In this document: positions 1 through 11,648 of the stretch, piece by piece
Position numbering within the stretch: the first letter of the stretch is position 1
Layout: each line of letters opens with the position of its first letter
Assembly: GCA_002504725.1 (NCBI GenBank)
Contig: DATN01000008.1
Coordinates: 62,851-94,850 of the forward strand
DNA from: Methanobacteriaceae archaeon UBA587
GTDB lineage: Archaea; Methanobacteriota; Methanobacteria; Methanobacteriales; Methanobacteriaceae
DNA length: 32,000 nucleotides
Reading direction: 5' to 3'
Notes under the pieces: generated by a model
What the model was told of the DNA's origin: nothing
The model's database searches: none
What the model saw: only the letters and a program-made list of their open reading frames with translations
Program-made: the position numbers and the translations under genes

Positions 1-823
1 CGACTATGTCCCACACATCTCCGTTTCTCACGAATTTTCCTTCCCATACAAAGGCATCATGGTTAACATGCAAACGTCGCATGGTACTTTCCATTCCATC
101 CAGACAGTCCTGCACGGCCTTTTGGAAAGTGGCATTGAGCTCTTCTTCATCTCCACTCTCATAGCGTTTAATTAACTGGTCTATCTCGGTTTTCATGTCG
201 GGATTTTCTTTAAGTTTTTGGTTCACCTGGAAATAGAGTTTACCAATCTGGTGATCTTTTTTATCCCCGGGACTGTAGGATTCCAGATCATCACCCAGAT
301 TAAGAAGTCCCCACACCACCATGGCGATTTGACGCCCCATATCATTGACATAATATTGGGTTTCCACTTCATAACCTGCTGATTTTAAAACACGGGATAA
401 TGAATCACCAATAACTGCATTTCTTATATGTCCTATATGTAATGGGCCATTGGGGTTGGCAGAGGTGTGTTCTAAGATTATCTTCTCTGATAATGGGGGT
501 CTCTGACCATAATCAGGGCCAATTCCGGCTATAACTTGGGAAGAGAATTTAGGATAATTCACATAGAAGTTGATATAGGGGCCTTTGGATTCCACTGTCT
601 CAAATATCTCGGGAACTTCCAGTACCTGTAATATGCTGGCGGTTATTTCCATAGGTGATTTTTTGAGTTCCTTGGATAACTGGAAAGAAATGGTGGTGGC
701 CAGGTCACCCATCTGGGGGTTAGGTGGTTCTTCCAGTTTTATTTCAGCAGGAACCGGGTAATCAAGTTTATGCAGAGCGTTTTCCAATGATTTTAAGGCT
801 TCTTCTTCAATTATTGCAAACAT
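1..823 (-). CDS. argS: arginine--tRNA ligase, N-terminal ~274 codons (gene continues past the left edge)
   Basis: Own minus-strand translation from the ATG (complement of 821-823): MFAIIEEEALKSLENALHKLDYPVPAEIKLEEPPNPQMGDLATT...EHTSANPNGPLHIGHIRNAVIGDSLSRVLKSAGYEVETQYYVNDMGRQIA. This is a class I HIGH motif in the typical ArgRS context. It is absent from the ORF track because it runs off the window. Confidence 0.85.
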   Translation of the reverse strand, partial: MFAIIEEEALKSLENALHKLDYPVPAEIKLEEPPNPQMGDLATTISFQLSKELKKSPMEITASILQVLEVPEIFETVESKGPYINFYVNYPKFSSQVIAGIGPDYGQRPPLSEKIILEHTSANPNGPLHIGHIRNAVIGDSLSRVLKSAGYEVETQYYVNDMGRQIAMVVWGLLNLGDDLESYSPGDKKDHQIGKLYFQVNQKLKENPDMKTEIDQLIKRYESGDEEELNATFQKAVQDCLDGMESTMRRLHVNHDAFVWEGKFVRNGDVWDIV

Positions 824-1032
824 TAATTCACCTTGTAATGTTTAATAGTAATTAATTCAATTCTTATAATCTAAATTTTTTATAATTCAATTTCAATATT
901 TTTAGATAAAATTTAATAAAATGATAAAAGGAGAAATTCTATCTTATTTTCTTAATATCCTTATAATTGATTTATTAATAATAATCGATTTCAGATGAAT
1001 AAAGAATAGGGATGGTAGATCTAATAAATAGC

Positions 1033-1461
1033 TTACAATCCCCTGATCCAAATGGTGACGTAACCAATTCGGGGGATGTACAATGGTTGATTGCCTATGG
1101 TTATTACTTTGGCAATTATCTGGGAAGGATAGACTGGACTGGGATCTGGACGGGGATTGTTGTCTCCTTTGATAACATAATATTTTTGTCCTGTTGTATT
1201 ATTGGTTCTTACGTCTATAACCCGATGTATAACTGGCTCTGAGAACCATGTGGCGTCATAAATTACTATTTCACCTTTTTGAATCTCGTTGGGGTTGAAC
1301 TCATGAATTCCCAGGAAGTTGACCTTTTCCACCAGCACTATATCTCCCCGGTAAAAGACCGGTTCCATACTCCCTGAAACCACCACATTCATATGCTGGG
1401 CAGCTATTATTCCCACGGCAATAATCAGGATATAAATGGCTATTTCTCGTTTATCAATCAT
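1033..1461 (-). CDS. archaeal/eukaryal-type signal peptidase I (S26B, Sec11-like)
   Basis: 142-aa ORF with an N-terminal TM segment ([15 protein letters not shown]) followed by the catalytic-Ser context [18 protein letters not shown] and HRVI, typical of S26 signal peptidases. Confidence 0.8.
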   Translation of the reverse strand: MIDKREIAIYILIIAVGIIAAQHMNVVVSGSMEPVFYRGDIVLVEKVNFLGIHEFNPNEIQKGEIVIYDATWFSEPVIHRVIDVRTNNTTGQKYYVIKGDNNPRPDPSPVYPSQIIAKVITIGNQPLYIPRIGYVTIWIRGL

Positions 1462-1629
1462 TTAAACACCTTAAGTATCAAAGGTCATGTCCTGTCCCTG
1501 ATTCTTAGACTATTAATAACTCATTAATAAATCATTACTAATTTTTTTCTATGGGTATAGTTTTATTTAAGTATACTTAATCTTCACAAGATAACCCTGT
1601 AAAAAGATTTTTTATATTAAGATTAAAAA

Positions 1630-3285
1630 TTATCTTAATATAGCTCCTTTATCGGCAGAACTGGCCATTTTCTGATATCGAGCTAACCATCCTTTAAGTT
1701 TTCGTTCCGGTTTAGCTGCAGAGGCAATTCTTTCTTTTATTTCATCTTCAGAAAGTTTAACTTCCAGTAAGCGGTTAGGAATATCTATATTAATCACGTC
1801 TCCGTCCTGCAAGGCTGCAAGAGGTCCATCAGCCATGGCTTCTGGAGAAATATGTCCTACACACGGTCCTCTGGTTCCTCCAGAGAATCTTCCGTCAGTT
1901 ATAAGGGCTACAGATTCGATCCCCATTCCAGATATTGCTGAAGTAGGATTTAACATTTCTCTCATTCCCGGGCCACCTTTGGGTCCTTCGTAACGGATGA
2001 CAATGACATCTCCTTCCTGTATTTTGTTATCAAATATGGCTTCCACACACTCGTCTTCACTGTTAAAAACCCGGGCTGGCCCCTGATGAGTCATCATATC
2101 TTCAGACACTGCGCCCTGTTTAATCACAGATCCATTCGGTGCCAGGTTCCCTTTTAAAATGGCAATACCTCCTTCGGTATGCACAGGGTTATCCAGAGGT
2201 CGAATAACTGATTCATCTCTGACAGAAATCTCTGCCAAATTTTCCTCCATACTGGAGCCAGTACAGGTGATTACGTCAGTGTTGAGCTTAGTTTCCAGTG
2301 CTTTTAATACAGCAGGAATTCCGCCGGCACGGTCTAAATCCAGCATCATGTGTTCTCCAGCAGGGGAAATGGATGCTATATGGGGTATCTGTTTACTCAT
2401 TACATCAAAAAGTTCCAGATCCACTTTCACTCCCTTCTCTTCCAATTCACTGGCAATGGCGGGTATGTGCAGGGCGGTGTTACTGGATCCTCCCAGGGCT
2501 AAATCAACGGCCACAGCATTTTCAAAGGCATCCTGGCTCATTATTTGTGAAGGGAGAAGTTGTTCTTTAACCATTCCCACGATTCTTGCTCCGGTGGAAC
2601 GGGCAATCTGCATCTTTTTGGCGTCCACGGCGTGAGCAGTGGCACATCCAGGTAAACTCATTCCCAGAGCTTCAGTAAGGCAGGCCATGGTATTGGCGGT
2701 GAATAAGCCGGCACAGGAACCCGCTCCGGTACAAGCACATTTTTCCAATTCGTCTAACTCTTCCATGGACATTTTTCCTGAGGAAACGGCCCCTACTCCT
2801 TCGTAAACATTGATCAAGTCCACGTCTTTGCCCTGGAATTTTCCTGGTAACATGGGTCCTCCGGTGACCACAATACAGGGGATGTCCAGCCGGGCGGCGG
2901 CCATGAGCATCCCGGGAACCACCTTATCACAGGTGGGCATCAGCACCAGACCATCCAGACTGTGGGCCTGGGCCATGCTCTCCACGGTGTCGGCGATTAT
3001 CTCACGAGAAGCCAGAGAATAGCGCATTCCCTCATGGTTCATGGCAATACCATCACAGATGGCCATGGTATTAAATTCAAAGGGCACACCTCCGGCCTGG
3101 CTGATACCCACCTTAACGGTTTCAGCCAGTTCCCTCAGATGGATGTGTCCCGGTACAATGTCCGTAAAACTGTTGGCTATTCCTATGAAAGGTTTTTCAA
3201 AGTCCTTGTCAGTGACCCCACAGGCCCTAAGCAGTGAACGGTGAGGGGCCCTTTGAAATCCTTTTTTTATTTTATCACTTCTCAT
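1630..3285 (-). CDS. ilvD: dihydroxy-acid dehydratase
   Basis: 551-aa ORF with IlvD/Edd hallmarks ([48 protein letters not shown]). Confidence 0.95.
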   Translation of the reverse strand: MRSDKIKKGFQRAPHRSLLRACGVTDKDFEKPFIGIANSFTDIVPGHIHLRELAETVKVGISQAGGVPFEFNTMAICDGIAMNHEGMRYSLASREIIADTVESMAQAHSLDGLVLMPTCDKVVPGMLMAAARLDIPCIVVTGGPMLPGKFQGKDVDLINVYEGVGAVSSGKMSMEELDELEKCACTGAGSCAGLFTANTMACLTEALGMSLPGCATAHAVDAKKMQIARSTGARIVGMVKEQLLPSQIMSQDAFENAVAVDLALGGSSNTALHIPAIASELEEKGVKVDLELFDVMSKQIPHIASISPAGEHMMLDLDRAGGIPAVLKALETKLNTDVITCTGSSMEENLAEISVRDESVIRPLDNPVHTEGGIAILKGNLAPNGSVIKQGAVSEDMMTHQGPARVFNSEDECVEAIFDNKIQEGDVIVIRYEGPKGGPGMREMLNPTSAISGMGIESVALITDGRFSGGTRGPCVGHISPEAMADGPLAALQDGDVINIDIPNRLLEVKLSEDEIKERIASAAKPERKLKGWLARYQKMASSADKGAILR

Positions 3286-3599
3286 TAAATCACCAATCCT
3301 CTTAACAGATCTAATTAAATTTTTTTAATAGTTAATCAATTATTTCGATTAATAAATCAGTTATTGTTAAACCATTACTTGAGATATTCAAGAAATCAAA
3401 TTTTTAACCCATTTATCATAATAAACCATATCATAATTATAGATGTCTAACTTTAGGAGGTATATGTTAATAAAATTAATAGTTTCTTCAATTATTTCAA
3501 TTAATTCTTATAGCAATATCCAGTTTCTACTGATGTACTAACGATGTACTACATATAGAACTGTTATTATTTTATGTGTGAAATCTAATAATTATAAAC

Positions 3600-4841
3600 A
3601 TGGATACTTTATTGATTCTCAAGTTTGTAATTGCCCTGGCTATCGGGGTTTTAATTGGCATTGAAAGAGAACGCAAGACCAAGGAATCAGAATTTGCTGG
3701 AATCAGAACCTTCATTTTAATTGCTCTTCTGGGCATTGTTTCTGCTTATCTATCGGTTTATTATTCTAATTTTGTTTTGATAGCATTCATAGGGCTTTCT
3801 ATATTGATTGGTTTGAGTTACTGGGTGAGTACAAGGGATAATGGTGATGTGGGTCTCACCACTGAGATAGCTGCCCTTTTAACCTTTGTACTGGGGGTGA
3901 TGTGTTTCTGGGATCAGGGATACAAACTGGCCCCGATAATTGCCATCATACTAACCACCCTACTGGCACTAAAACCATCCCTGCACCATCTGGTCCAGAA
4001 AATCAGTGAAAAGGAAATGATCGATACCTTGAAGTTTTTAATCATCGCCTTTGTTATTCTGCCCCTATTACCCAACCAGACCATGGGGCCCTGGGAGGTG
4101 TTTAATCCCTATCAGATCTGGCTCATGGTGGTTTTCATATCGGGAATCAGTTATGCGGGATATATAGCCATGCGACTGGTGGGTCCGGAGAGGGGATTGG
4201 GACTTACCGGGATTATTGGGGGATTAGTGTCCAGTACTGCGGTGGTCACAGCCATGGCTGCCCGGGTCAGGGAATCAGAAACCCTTATGAAGGCCGCAGT
4301 TTTTGCGGCGGTGGTGGCCAGTTCCATGATGTTTCTGCGGATTTTCCTGGAGATTCTGGTGGTAAATCCTTCCTTAGCTCCCTTACTGGCAGCTCCTATG
4401 CTCATTATGGGTATACTGGGGATTCTGTTAGGGGTGTGGGTATGGAGAAGTTCCACCATCCGGGAAATGGATTCCCGGGTTAAACTGGAGAACCCCTTCT
4501 CTCTAAAACCAGCCCTTATATTCGGGGCATTGTTTGTGGCCATTTTATTTATCAGTAAAATCGCCAACATCTATTTTGGTAGTAGCGGAGTTTATGTAGC
4601 CAGCATCATATCCGGGGTGGCAGACGTGGATGCAATTACCATCAGTATGGCCCTTCTGGCCCAGAGTTCAACAGTAACTGCCACCACAGCGGTTACGGCC
4701 ATTACTCTGGCCAGCATATCAAATACTGTGGTTAAATTTGGAATAGCTCTTTTCCTAGGAACCCGGAAATTTGGAAAGAATGTAGGAGTTCTTTTTGCTA
4801 TAATTATTGCCTCCGGTCTTCTGGCCATTATTTTAATTTAA
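3600..4841 (+). CDS. MgtC/SapB-family integral membrane protein with C-terminal DUF4010-like extension
   Basis: 413-aa polytopic membrane ORF. The N-terminal GIERERKTKESEFAGIRTF motif is typical of MgtC-family proteins. Family assignment is by motif recognition only. Confidence 0.65.
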   Translation: MDTLLILKFVIALAIGVLIGIERERKTKESEFAGIRTFILIALLGIVSAYLSVYYSNFVLIAFIGLSILIGLSYWVSTRDNGDVGLTTEIAALLTFVLGVMCFWDQGYKLAPIIAIILTTLLALKPSLHHLVQKISEKEMIDTLKFLIIAFVILPLLPNQTMGPWEVFNPYQIWLMVVFISGISYAGYIAMRLVGPERGLGLTGIIGGLVSSTAVVTAMAARVRESETLMKAAVFAAVVASSMMFLRIFLEILVVNPSLAPLLAAPMLIMGILGILLGVWVWRSSTIREMDSRVKLENPFSLKPALIFGALFVAILFISKIANIYFGSSGVYVASIISGVADVDAITISMALLAQSSTVTATTAVTAITLASISNTVVKFGIALFLGTRKFGKNVGVLFAIIIASGLLAIILI

Positions 4842-5033
4842 ATTATCTTTATTTTCCTAATCTGTCCTGATTTTTTTATTTTAGATTTATTAAAAATTTC
4901 AATAGTAAAATAAATTTAAATCAAACTTCTAGGATTAAATAGGATCCTATTAATTAACTAAAAACGAAAATAAACAATAGATTATAGATTTCAAAATAGC
5001 ACAATTAATAAAAAAGTAAATAATTATAAATTA

Positions 5034-5357
5034 TTAAGACCGAATCATGGTCAGCAACATCTTGTATTGCTCCACTGCATGCAGGGCGTGGGGCTCATTG
5101 GCGGGCATAATGATAAATTCGCCTTTTTTAACCAGATTCTCCTTCCCTGAGATGGTGATAAGTGCTTCCCCATCAATAATCTGTACCAGGGCATCAAAGG
5201 GTGCACTGTGTTCACTTAAGCCCTCTCCCTTATCAAAGGCAAATATGGTCACGGTACCGGTTTCTTTTCTGATTATTTCTCTACTAACCACAGCACCTTC
5301 CTGATATTCCAGTAGGTCTGCCAGGTTCAATGCTTTTGCTTTTAAATCTTCAGACAT
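5034..5357 (-). CDS. cupin-domain protein
   Basis: ORF 5034-5390. I prefer the internal ATG at 5357, which sits 3 nt after GGTGAT. Small beta-barrel signature (VTIFAFDKGEGLSEHSAPFDALVQIIDGEA...MPANEPHAL). Confidence 0.7.
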   Translation of the reverse strand: MSEDLKAKALNLADLLEYQEGAVVSREIIRKETGTVTIFAFDKGEGLSEHSAPFDALVQIIDGEALITISGKENLVKKGEFIIMPANEPHALHAVEQYKMLLTMIRS

Positions 5358-5420
5358 GAAATCACCACTTAAAATATAATGATTTTTCATTAAATAACTT
5401 TTTATTTATCAAAAAGTATT

Positions 5421-5759
5421 TTAAACAATTCGAGTATCTTTAGTGGGTCTAGGGACTTTTATAACCAGGAAACGAAGATCATCAGGACTTTCATTGTACC
5501 AGCAGTGCATGATATGGGCAGGACTCTCAATCAAGGAATCTTTTCCCACTTCCTCTTTTTCTTCGCCGATTTCCACTATCCCGGTACCTTCCAGCACATA
5601 AAAAATTACATCCACCGGAGTAATATGTCTTTTAAGAGATTCGCCTGGTTTTAAAGTAATATGAACAGTCACTGCGTTTTCAGTATCATATAATTTACGT
5701 ACATCTACTTTATGAGGGGTTTCTGCAATAGGAACTTCCTTAAAGTTAGTAATTTTCAT
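5421..5759 (-). CDS. cupin-domain protein
   Basis: 112-aa ORF with cupin motifs (HITLKPGESLKRHITPVDVIFYVLEGTGIVEIGEE...SPAHIMHCWYN). Confidence 0.7.
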   Translation of the reverse strand: MKITNFKEVPIAETPHKVDVRKLYDTENAVTVHITLKPGESLKRHITPVDVIFYVLEGTGIVEIGEEKEEVGKDSLIESPAHIMHCWYNESPDDLRFLVIKVPRPTKDTRIV

Positions 5760-5867
5760 TTTTTAGCTCCTGACAATAAATAAAAACAATAAACAGATAA
5801 AATTTAGATAATTAATTATTAAATGAGGAAAAAAATAATTCCTCATTATATAGGTTAAATTAGGAAC

Positions 5868-7178
5868 TTATTGTCCCATAATTTTCTTTATATCGTCTTC
5901 TGCTTCTCCCAGTGGGGTGAGTCCGTAGTTTTCCACCAGAACATTCACGATATCATCATTGGCCCATCCCGGCAAGATTGGTCCAATATACATTCCCTGC
6001 AGGTCCAGGGCTAACAGGCTCCACAAGATAGCGGCTGCTTTTTGTTCCATCCAGCTCAGGACTATGGTTAATGGCAGTTCATTTAATCCCACTCCGAATA
6101 ATTCAGCTAATGCTGCGGCAATGTCAATGGCTACAATAGCGTCATTGCATTGTCCTAGATCTATGAGTCGTGGCACGCCTTCGATATCTCCCAGGTCCAT
6201 GGCATTGAACCGGTATTTACCGCAGGCCAGGGTTAAAACCACAGCGTCTTCTGGTAATTTTTCCACAAACTCGGTGTAGTATTTGGCTTTAGCCAGTGGG
6301 GAATCACATCCGCCTACTAAGACGAACTGTTTGATTTTTCCAGCTTCTACCAGTTCTTTAATCTTAGGAGCTAATCCCAGTACGGTGGAAGCTCCGAATC
6401 CAGTGGTTAAAGTGGCTTGTGTTGGTTCTTCTTCCAGATCACCCAGTTCCAAGGCCTTTTCAATTACTGGAGTAAAGTCATAGTCTTCGATGTGCTGTAC
6501 TCCGGGTAATTCAGCCACACCTACCGTGAACATCCTTTCTTTGTACTCGTCTTTAGGAAGTAAGACACAGTTGGAGGTTCCCACTACAGCCACATTGTAG
6601 TCAGCGAAGGTCTTTTTCTGGTCAAACCAGGGCCCTCCCAGTTGTCCCACCAAGTGTTTGTATTTTTTGAGTCCGGGATATCCGTGGGCAGGTAATAGTT
6701 CAGAGTGAGTGTATACATTGATTCCTTTACCTTCAGTTTGTTTTAAGAGTTCTTCCAGGGCTTTTAAACTGTGACCGGTGGCCACAATTCCGGGACCTTT
6801 AACCGCTCCTACTTTCACTTCAGTAGGTATAGGTTCGCCGTAGGTTTCCATGTGGGCCTTTTTTAGAAGTTGCATGGTTTTGATGTTCATTTTACCGGCT
6901 TCTAAGGCCAGTTCCACGAATTTACTGGCATCGAAGTTCACGTTGGTCAGGGTGGAGTAGAATCCTCTTTCCAGGAAGGCATCCACTTCGTCGTCGGTGT
7001 ATCCTAATTCCCGGGCGTGGTACAGGTAAGCAGATATTCCCTTTATGGCGTAGAGCAGGTTATCCTGTAACCGGGCTACGGTTGGTTCTTTTCCACATAC
7101 TCCTCTAACAGTACATCCAGTCCCACGGGCGGTCTGTGAGCACTGGTAACAAAACATATCTAATGCTTCTTTCTCCAT
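5868..7178 (-). CDS. hcp: hybrid-cluster protein / hydroxylamine reductase (short archaeal class III type)
   Basis: N-terminal Cys cluster [23 protein letters not shown] plus later Cys motifs. The ORF extends to 7250, but the ATG at 7178 has GGAGG 7 nt upstream (GGAGGAAATAAAATG), so I prefer it. Confidence 0.9.
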   Translation of the reverse strand: MEKEALDMFCYQCSQTARGTGCTVRGVCGKEPTVARLQDNLLYAIKGISAYLYHARELGYTDDEVDAFLERGFYSTLTNVNFDASKFVELALEAGKMNIKTMQLLKKAHMETYGEPIPTEVKVGAVKGPGIVATGHSLKALEELLKQTEGKGINVYTHSELLPAHGYPGLKKYKHLVGQLGGPWFDQKKTFADYNVAVVGTSNCVLLPKDEYKERMFTVGVAELPGVQHIEDYDFTPVIEKALELGDLEEEPTQATLTTGFGASTVLGLAPKIKELVEAGKIKQFVLVGGCDSPLAKAKYYTEFVEKLPEDAVVLTLACGKYRFNAMDLGDIEGVPRLIDLGQCNDAIVAIDIAAALAELFGVGLNELPLTIVLSWMEQKAAAILWSLLALDLQGMYIGPILPGWANDDIVNVLVENYGLTPLGEAEDDIKKIMGQ

Positions 7179-7333
7179 TTTATTTCCTCCTTCTACTTTC
7201 TGGTCAGAATTTTGATCTTTCATGCCTCTAATCATATCAACAAATCCCATGTTATCGCCTCGTTTATCATTGAATTATTGGACCTTTTCATTTGATTTCA
7301 ATTCCATCCATCAATTATGGCCCAATTAAATTT

Positions 7334-7489
7334 TCAGCACGGTTCAAACTGATCTTTGCCAACCTGGCACAGAGGACAAACCCAATCGTCAGGTAAGTCT
7401 TCAAATGATGTTCCAGGTTCTATTCCAGAGTCAGGGTCCCCGTCTTCGGGATTGTAAATATACGCGCATACTATACATCTGTACTTCAT
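7334..7489 (-). CDS. rub: rubredoxin (51 aa; absent from the ORF track, presumably too short to be listed)
   Basis: Own translation: [51 protein letters not shown]. It has two CxxC pairs and the canonical rubredoxin spacing and aromatics. GGTGA lies upstream of the ATG. Confidence 0.85.
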   Translation of the reverse strand: MKYRCIVCAYIYNPEDGDPDSGIEPGTSFEDLPDDWVCPLCQVGKDQFEPC

Positions 7490-7710
7490 GTTTTTTCACC
7501 AGATTTGTTCCCTATACTAAACCCTACCCGCAAAACATATATAGTTTTTGTCACTAAATCAGTATAAAATAAGACAAAGAAAAAGATTGTTTTATAATCA
7601 AATTTTCCTAAAAAATCTGAGATAAAATGAATAATTAATAAATTTTTAGATAACTTTGATCAGATTTAAAAGGATTAAATATCCTATTTTAAGAATTATA
7701 TGGTGATATT

Positions 7711-8499
7711 GTGCCAGTAAATAAAAAAACGTGGAATTCATTAAAAACTATGGGTTTAACTGATTATGAGGCCACGACATATTTGGCTCTGACATCAATG
7801 ATTTCTGGAACTGCTACTGAGATTAGCACAGCCTCTAAAGTCCCCCGATCCAGGATCTATGATATTTTGAAAGAATTGGCCCGTAAAGGATTTGTAGAAA
7901 TTGAAAGGGGCCGACCTTTAAAGTACATTGTGGTGCCCCCGGCAGATGTTTTTCACAGGCATAGACAAAGTCTATTGGAAGATCTGGAAGAGGCAGAGCT
8001 GGAACTCACTGCAGATTATGAGAGTCAGATCTCCCAGGTACCGGCTCCTATATGGCTAATACATGGACCAGAAAAAATCATTAAAAAAGAGATGGAAATA
8101 ATTTCCCGGGCCAAGGAGAGCATCAATATCCGGGCGGGGTTCATGTTTGAGGGGGAAGCAGAACACCTTAAATCTAAAATCAACAAGGCAAATCGGCGTG
8201 GGGTGAAGACCAAAATAATGGCGGCTCCCTTTACTATCATTGGCAACAAGAAGATTCACCTCTCCAAGGAATTGAGTGGTATGCAGGCTGAGATCAGAAT
8301 CTACCAGATACCCTTTGTGAAGATGATTGTAAGGGACGGTACAGAGATGATGCTCATATTCTCTAAATTTTCAGGTAAGGAGAAGAAGGCGGTTCCCCAG
8401 AGCGCCATTGGGGTGTGGAACCAGTATCCCGAGATTGCCCGGAACTATGCTCATGTATTTGAGAATATGTGGGAGGGAGACATGCCTAAAAGGGGTTGA
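7711..8499 (+). CDS. TrmB-family transcriptional regulator
   Basis: GTG start 3 nt after GGTGAT. The N-terminal winged-helix region LGLTDYEATTYLALTSMISGTATEISTASKVPRSRIYDILKELARKGFVE is typical of TrmB. It is divergent from the rubredoxin-hcp operon. Confidence 0.8.
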   Translation: MPVNKKTWNSLKTMGLTDYEATTYLALTSMISGTATEISTASKVPRSRIYDILKELARKGFVEIERGRPLKYIVVPPADVFHRHRQSLLEDLEEAELELTADYESQISQVPAPIWLIHGPEKIIKKEMEIISRAKESINIRAGFMFEGEAEHLKSKINKANRRGVKTKIMAAPFTIIGNKKIHLSKELSGMQAEIRIYQIPFVKMIVRDGTEMMLIFSKFSGKEKKAVPQSAIGVWNQYPEIARNYAHVFENMWEGDMPKRG

Positions 8500-8795
8500 T
8501 TCGCCTATAATGGCTTTTTAATGGTATATTAATTATTAATCGCTTTTTTTAAATTTTATTTTAATTTATTTTGAAATATTTTTATTATTTTTAATATTTT
8601 TTAAAAAATAATAATTCGTATGATGGTATATGAAACTGATTAATTTAAATGAAACTTAAATAAACTTAAAAAGTATGAGGATTAATACTCAATAATCTAT
8701 ATTCATATAAGTATCTAAATTATAAGTTATCTACTGTAATGATTAATTTTCATTAAATTCAAACTTATTTATTAGGTTAAATATTAGGTGATAGG

Positions 8796-10634
8796 ATGCG
8801 CGTATTGTTAATTCACTCTGATTATTTAAAATACCAAACTAAATCAAAAACCAGGATAGCAGAGCAGATCGAAGATGATAAGAAAGAAGGATTCTTTGAG
8901 GATTCATTAGTGGTCTTCACTGCTGTGGAACAGGAAGACGAGGAAAATCCACAAGAAATCGTGGAAAATGTTATCACGGAAGTCAAGGATGTTTTAGGTA
9001 AAATTGGCGCAGATAATGTGGTTATATACCCTTATGCTCATTTGAGTTCTTCTTTAAGTAAACCTGATGTGGCCAAGACTGTTCTGCAGGAAATGGAATC
9101 CCGACTCCAGGAAGAAGATATAAAAGTGGCCCGGGTACCATTTGGCTGGTACAAGTCGTTTGAAGTATCCTGTAAGGGACACCCTCTCTCTGAATTGTCC
9201 CGAACCATCACTGCTAAGCCCAGAGAAGAAGAAAAGGCAGATAAAGCCGAAGAATCCAAGTGGTACATTCTGGACCAGGGCAATCTAATTGATCCAGATG
9301 AATTCAAATTCGAAAACGAGGATCTACGAAAACTGGTAAACTATGAACTTGGAAAAGGTGAATCCAGTGGAGAAGAACCACCTCACGTTAAACTCATGCG
9401 GGAAAAGGGACTGGCTGATTACGAACCCTCTGCAGATGTGGGACACCTTCGATGGTATCCTAAGGGCCGGCTGATCCGGGATCTTCTGGCAGATTACGTT
9501 TATTTACTGGTAACCAAAGAGGGGGCCATGCCGGTGGAAACACCTATCATGTATGATCTGGCTGATGATGCCATACGGGTGCATGCCGAGAAATTCGGGG
9601 AAAGACAGTACCGTATGGGCCACAAGAATAAAGAGCTCATGTTGCGATACGCCTGTTGTTTTGGTGCCTTCCGGGTTTTATCTGATTCATTCCTGACCTG
9701 GAAGAACTTACCGGCACGGGTATACGAACTCTCCACCTACAGTTTCCGGATGGAGAAAAAGGGAGAAGTTGTGGGACTCAAAAGGCTGCGTGGTTTCACC
9801 ATGCCCGATCTGCACACGGTGTGCAGGGACTTGGAACAATCTCTGGTGGAATTTGATAATCAGATTGATATGTGTATGCAGACGGGAGTGGACTTCCAGG
9901 TGAACTACGAGGTAATCTTCCGGGCCACCCAGGACTTCTACGACCAATATAAAGAATGGATGCATGCTTCCGCAGCAAAAATAGGAAAACCAGTCTTATT
10001 AGAGATTTTACCAGAACGTAAACATTACTGGATATCTAAAATGGACTTTGCTGCTATTGATTATCTGGGACGACCTATTGAGAATCCAACCGTCCAGATA
10101 GATGTGGAGAGCGGCGAAAGATTTGGTATCACCTATCTGGAAGAAAACGAAGAGGAAGGATACCCTATAATCTTGCACTGCAGCCCTACTGGAAGTATCG
10201 AACGGGTTATCTGCAGTTTGTTGGAGAAAACCGCCATTGAAATGAAGGAAAAACCACCAATGTTGCCGGTATGGCTAACTCCTACCCAGGTACGGATTTT
10301 ACCAATTGCCGAAAGGCACATGGACTATGCCCTGGATCTGGCCCGACAGATTAAGGATCAAAACATTCGAGTGGATGTGGATGACCGGCCAGAAACTGTG
10401 GGTAAAAAAATACGTAATGCTGCTACAGAATGGGTGCCTTATGTGGTGGTTATTGGGGATAATGAAATGGAAAAACGAGAAAGTCAGGAATTGACAGTCA
10501 ATATCCGGGAAACCAAGGAAAAACAAGTCATGGATTTGGAAACCCTTGTTAAAACGGTTCAAGAAGAAACCCGGGATATGCCATTCCGTGCTCTGCCTCT
10601 TCCTCTGCAGGTGTCCCAGCGTATCAATTTTTAA
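8796..10634 (+). CDS. thrS: threonine--tRNA ligase (archaeal type with N-terminal editing domain)
   Basis: 612-aa ORF with a class II aaRS core ([37 protein letters not shown]) and a C-terminal anticodon-binding domain. Confidence 0.93.
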   Translation: MRVLLIHSDYLKYQTKSKTRIAEQIEDDKKEGFFEDSLVVFTAVEQEDEENPQEIVENVITEVKDVLGKIGADNVVIYPYAHLSSSLSKPDVAKTVLQEMESRLQEEDIKVARVPFGWYKSFEVSCKGHPLSELSRTITAKPREEEKADKAEESKWYILDQGNLIDPDEFKFENEDLRKLVNYELGKGESSGEEPPHVKLMREKGLADYEPSADVGHLRWYPKGRLIRDLLADYVYLLVTKEGAMPVETPIMYDLADDAIRVHAEKFGERQYRMGHKNKELMLRYACCFGAFRVLSDSFLTWKNLPARVYELSTYSFRMEKKGEVVGLKRLRGFTMPDLHTVCRDLEQSLVEFDNQIDMCMQTGVDFQVNYEVIFRATQDFYDQYKEWMHASAAKIGKPVLLEILPERKHYWISKMDFAAIDYLGRPIENPTVQIDVESGERFGITYLEENEEEGYPIILHCSPTGSIERVICSLLEKTAIEMKEKPPMLPVWLTPTQVRILPIAERHMDYALDLARQIKDQNIRVDVDDRPETVGKKIRNAATEWVPYVVVIGDNEMEKRESQELTVNIRETKEKQVMDLETLVKTVQEETRDMPFRALPLPLQVSQRINF

Positions 10635-10807
10635 TCCAATCAACGGTTAATTAATTTTTTTCTTTCTTAATTTCTAATTCTTTTCTTTTTTTATTTATTT
10701 TACTTTATTTTCGTGATGTCCTTGAAATTAATTTAATATTAATAAATAAATCAATGGAAGTAAAGGGTCTTAGTTTTAAGCCCATAATACGGGTTTTACC
10801 ACAAAAG

Positions 10808-10828
10808 TTATAACTTATAACTTAGAAG
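10808..10828. repeat. heptad array A: TTATAAC TTATAAC TTAGAAG (TTATAA hexamer on a 7-bp period)
   Basis: Read directly from the sequence. The array ends about 48 nt upstream of the parA start. Confidence 0.8.
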
Positions 10829-10875
10829 TATATTACTATAATATTATTATAAAATATCTGTGGGAGGATTTTTTC

Positions 10876-11646
10876 ATGGGAGAAGTAGTAGCAATCATCA
10901 ATCAGAAAGGAGGCTGTGGTAAAACCACCACTGCGGTTAATCTATCCACTGCACTGGCACTTTTAGATAAAAAAGTATTGGTGGTGGATCTTGATCCTCA
11001 GGGAAATGCCACCACTGGTTTTGGTGTGCAAAAATCCGATTTAGAGAGAACAGTATACACGGTGTTGAGTAGACAGGCTACCATGCGAGAAGCAGTAACC
11101 CCTACCATGGTGGAAGGATTGTTTCTGGTGCCCAGTAATATTTCCCTGAGTGGGGCAGAGGTGGAGCTCAGCCGGGAAATTGGTTTCCATTCTATATTAG
11201 AAGAAGCCCTTAAAGAGGTAAAAGATATATTTGACTACATTTTAATTGATGTTCCACCTTCCCTGGGGATTCTCACCCTTAATGCACTGGTGGCTGCAGA
11301 CAGTGTGATTATACCTATTCAGGCGGAATATTATGCCTTAGAAGGTATGGCAGATCTACTAAAAACAATTAACCTTGTACAAGAACGATTACAAAGTCCC
11401 GCTCCAATTAAAGGTATATTGATGACTTTATATGATTCCCGCACCAGACTAGGCCGGGATGTACACCACGAAGTTAAAAAATTCTTTGGGGAGGAGGAAT
11501 ACATCTTCAAGACCACCATCCCCCGTAATGTGCGACTGGCCGAGGCCCCCAGCTATGGAAAGCCCTGCATATTATATGATCAGGAAAGTACAGGTACCAT
11601 TGCTTACATCAAACTGGCCCAGGAAATGGTTAAACTGGAGGATTAA
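10876..11646 (+). CDS. parA: ParA/Soj/SegA-type partition ATPase (deviant Walker A)
   Basis: 256-aa ORF with IINQKGGCGKTTTAVNL (KGGxxK[ST] deviant Walker A), DLDPQGN and ILIDVPPSLG motifs. GGGAGGA SD upstream. Confidence 0.9.
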   Translation: MGEVVAIINQKGGCGKTTTAVNLSTALALLDKKVLVVDLDPQGNATTGFGVQKSDLERTVYTVLSRQATMREAVTPTMVEGLFLVPSNISLSGAEVELSREIGFHSILEEALKEVKDIFDYILIDVPPSLGILTLNALVAADSVIIPIQAEYYALEGMADLLKTINLVQERLQSPAPIKGILMTLYDSRTRLGRDVHHEVKKFFGEEEYIFKTTIPRNVRLAEAPSYGKPCILYDQESTGTIAYIKLAQEMVKLED

Positions 11647-11648
11647 TA

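Noticed and set aside
1012-1242. 76-aa plus-strand ORF overlapping the signal peptidase gene
   Set aside because: It is the shadow frame of a gene with clear S26 motifs.
2159-3244. Five plus-strand ORFs (2159-2635, 2298-2570, 2810-3022, 2962-3237, 3041-3244) inside ilvD
   Set aside because: They are antisense shadow ORFs of a strongly supported 551-aa IlvD gene. Their composition is low-complexity and Ser/Ala/Pro-rich, and none has an SD.
3464-3541. 25-codon ORF (MLIKLIVSSIISINSYSNIQFLLMY) after AGGAGGT upstream of the MgtC-like gene, a possible leader peptide
   Set aside because: GGAGG is only 3 nt from the ATG. Supported genes in this window use about 7-9 nt after GGAGG (or 3-4 nt after GGTGAT). 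There is no other support and the sequence is AT-rich, so a chance ORF is likely.
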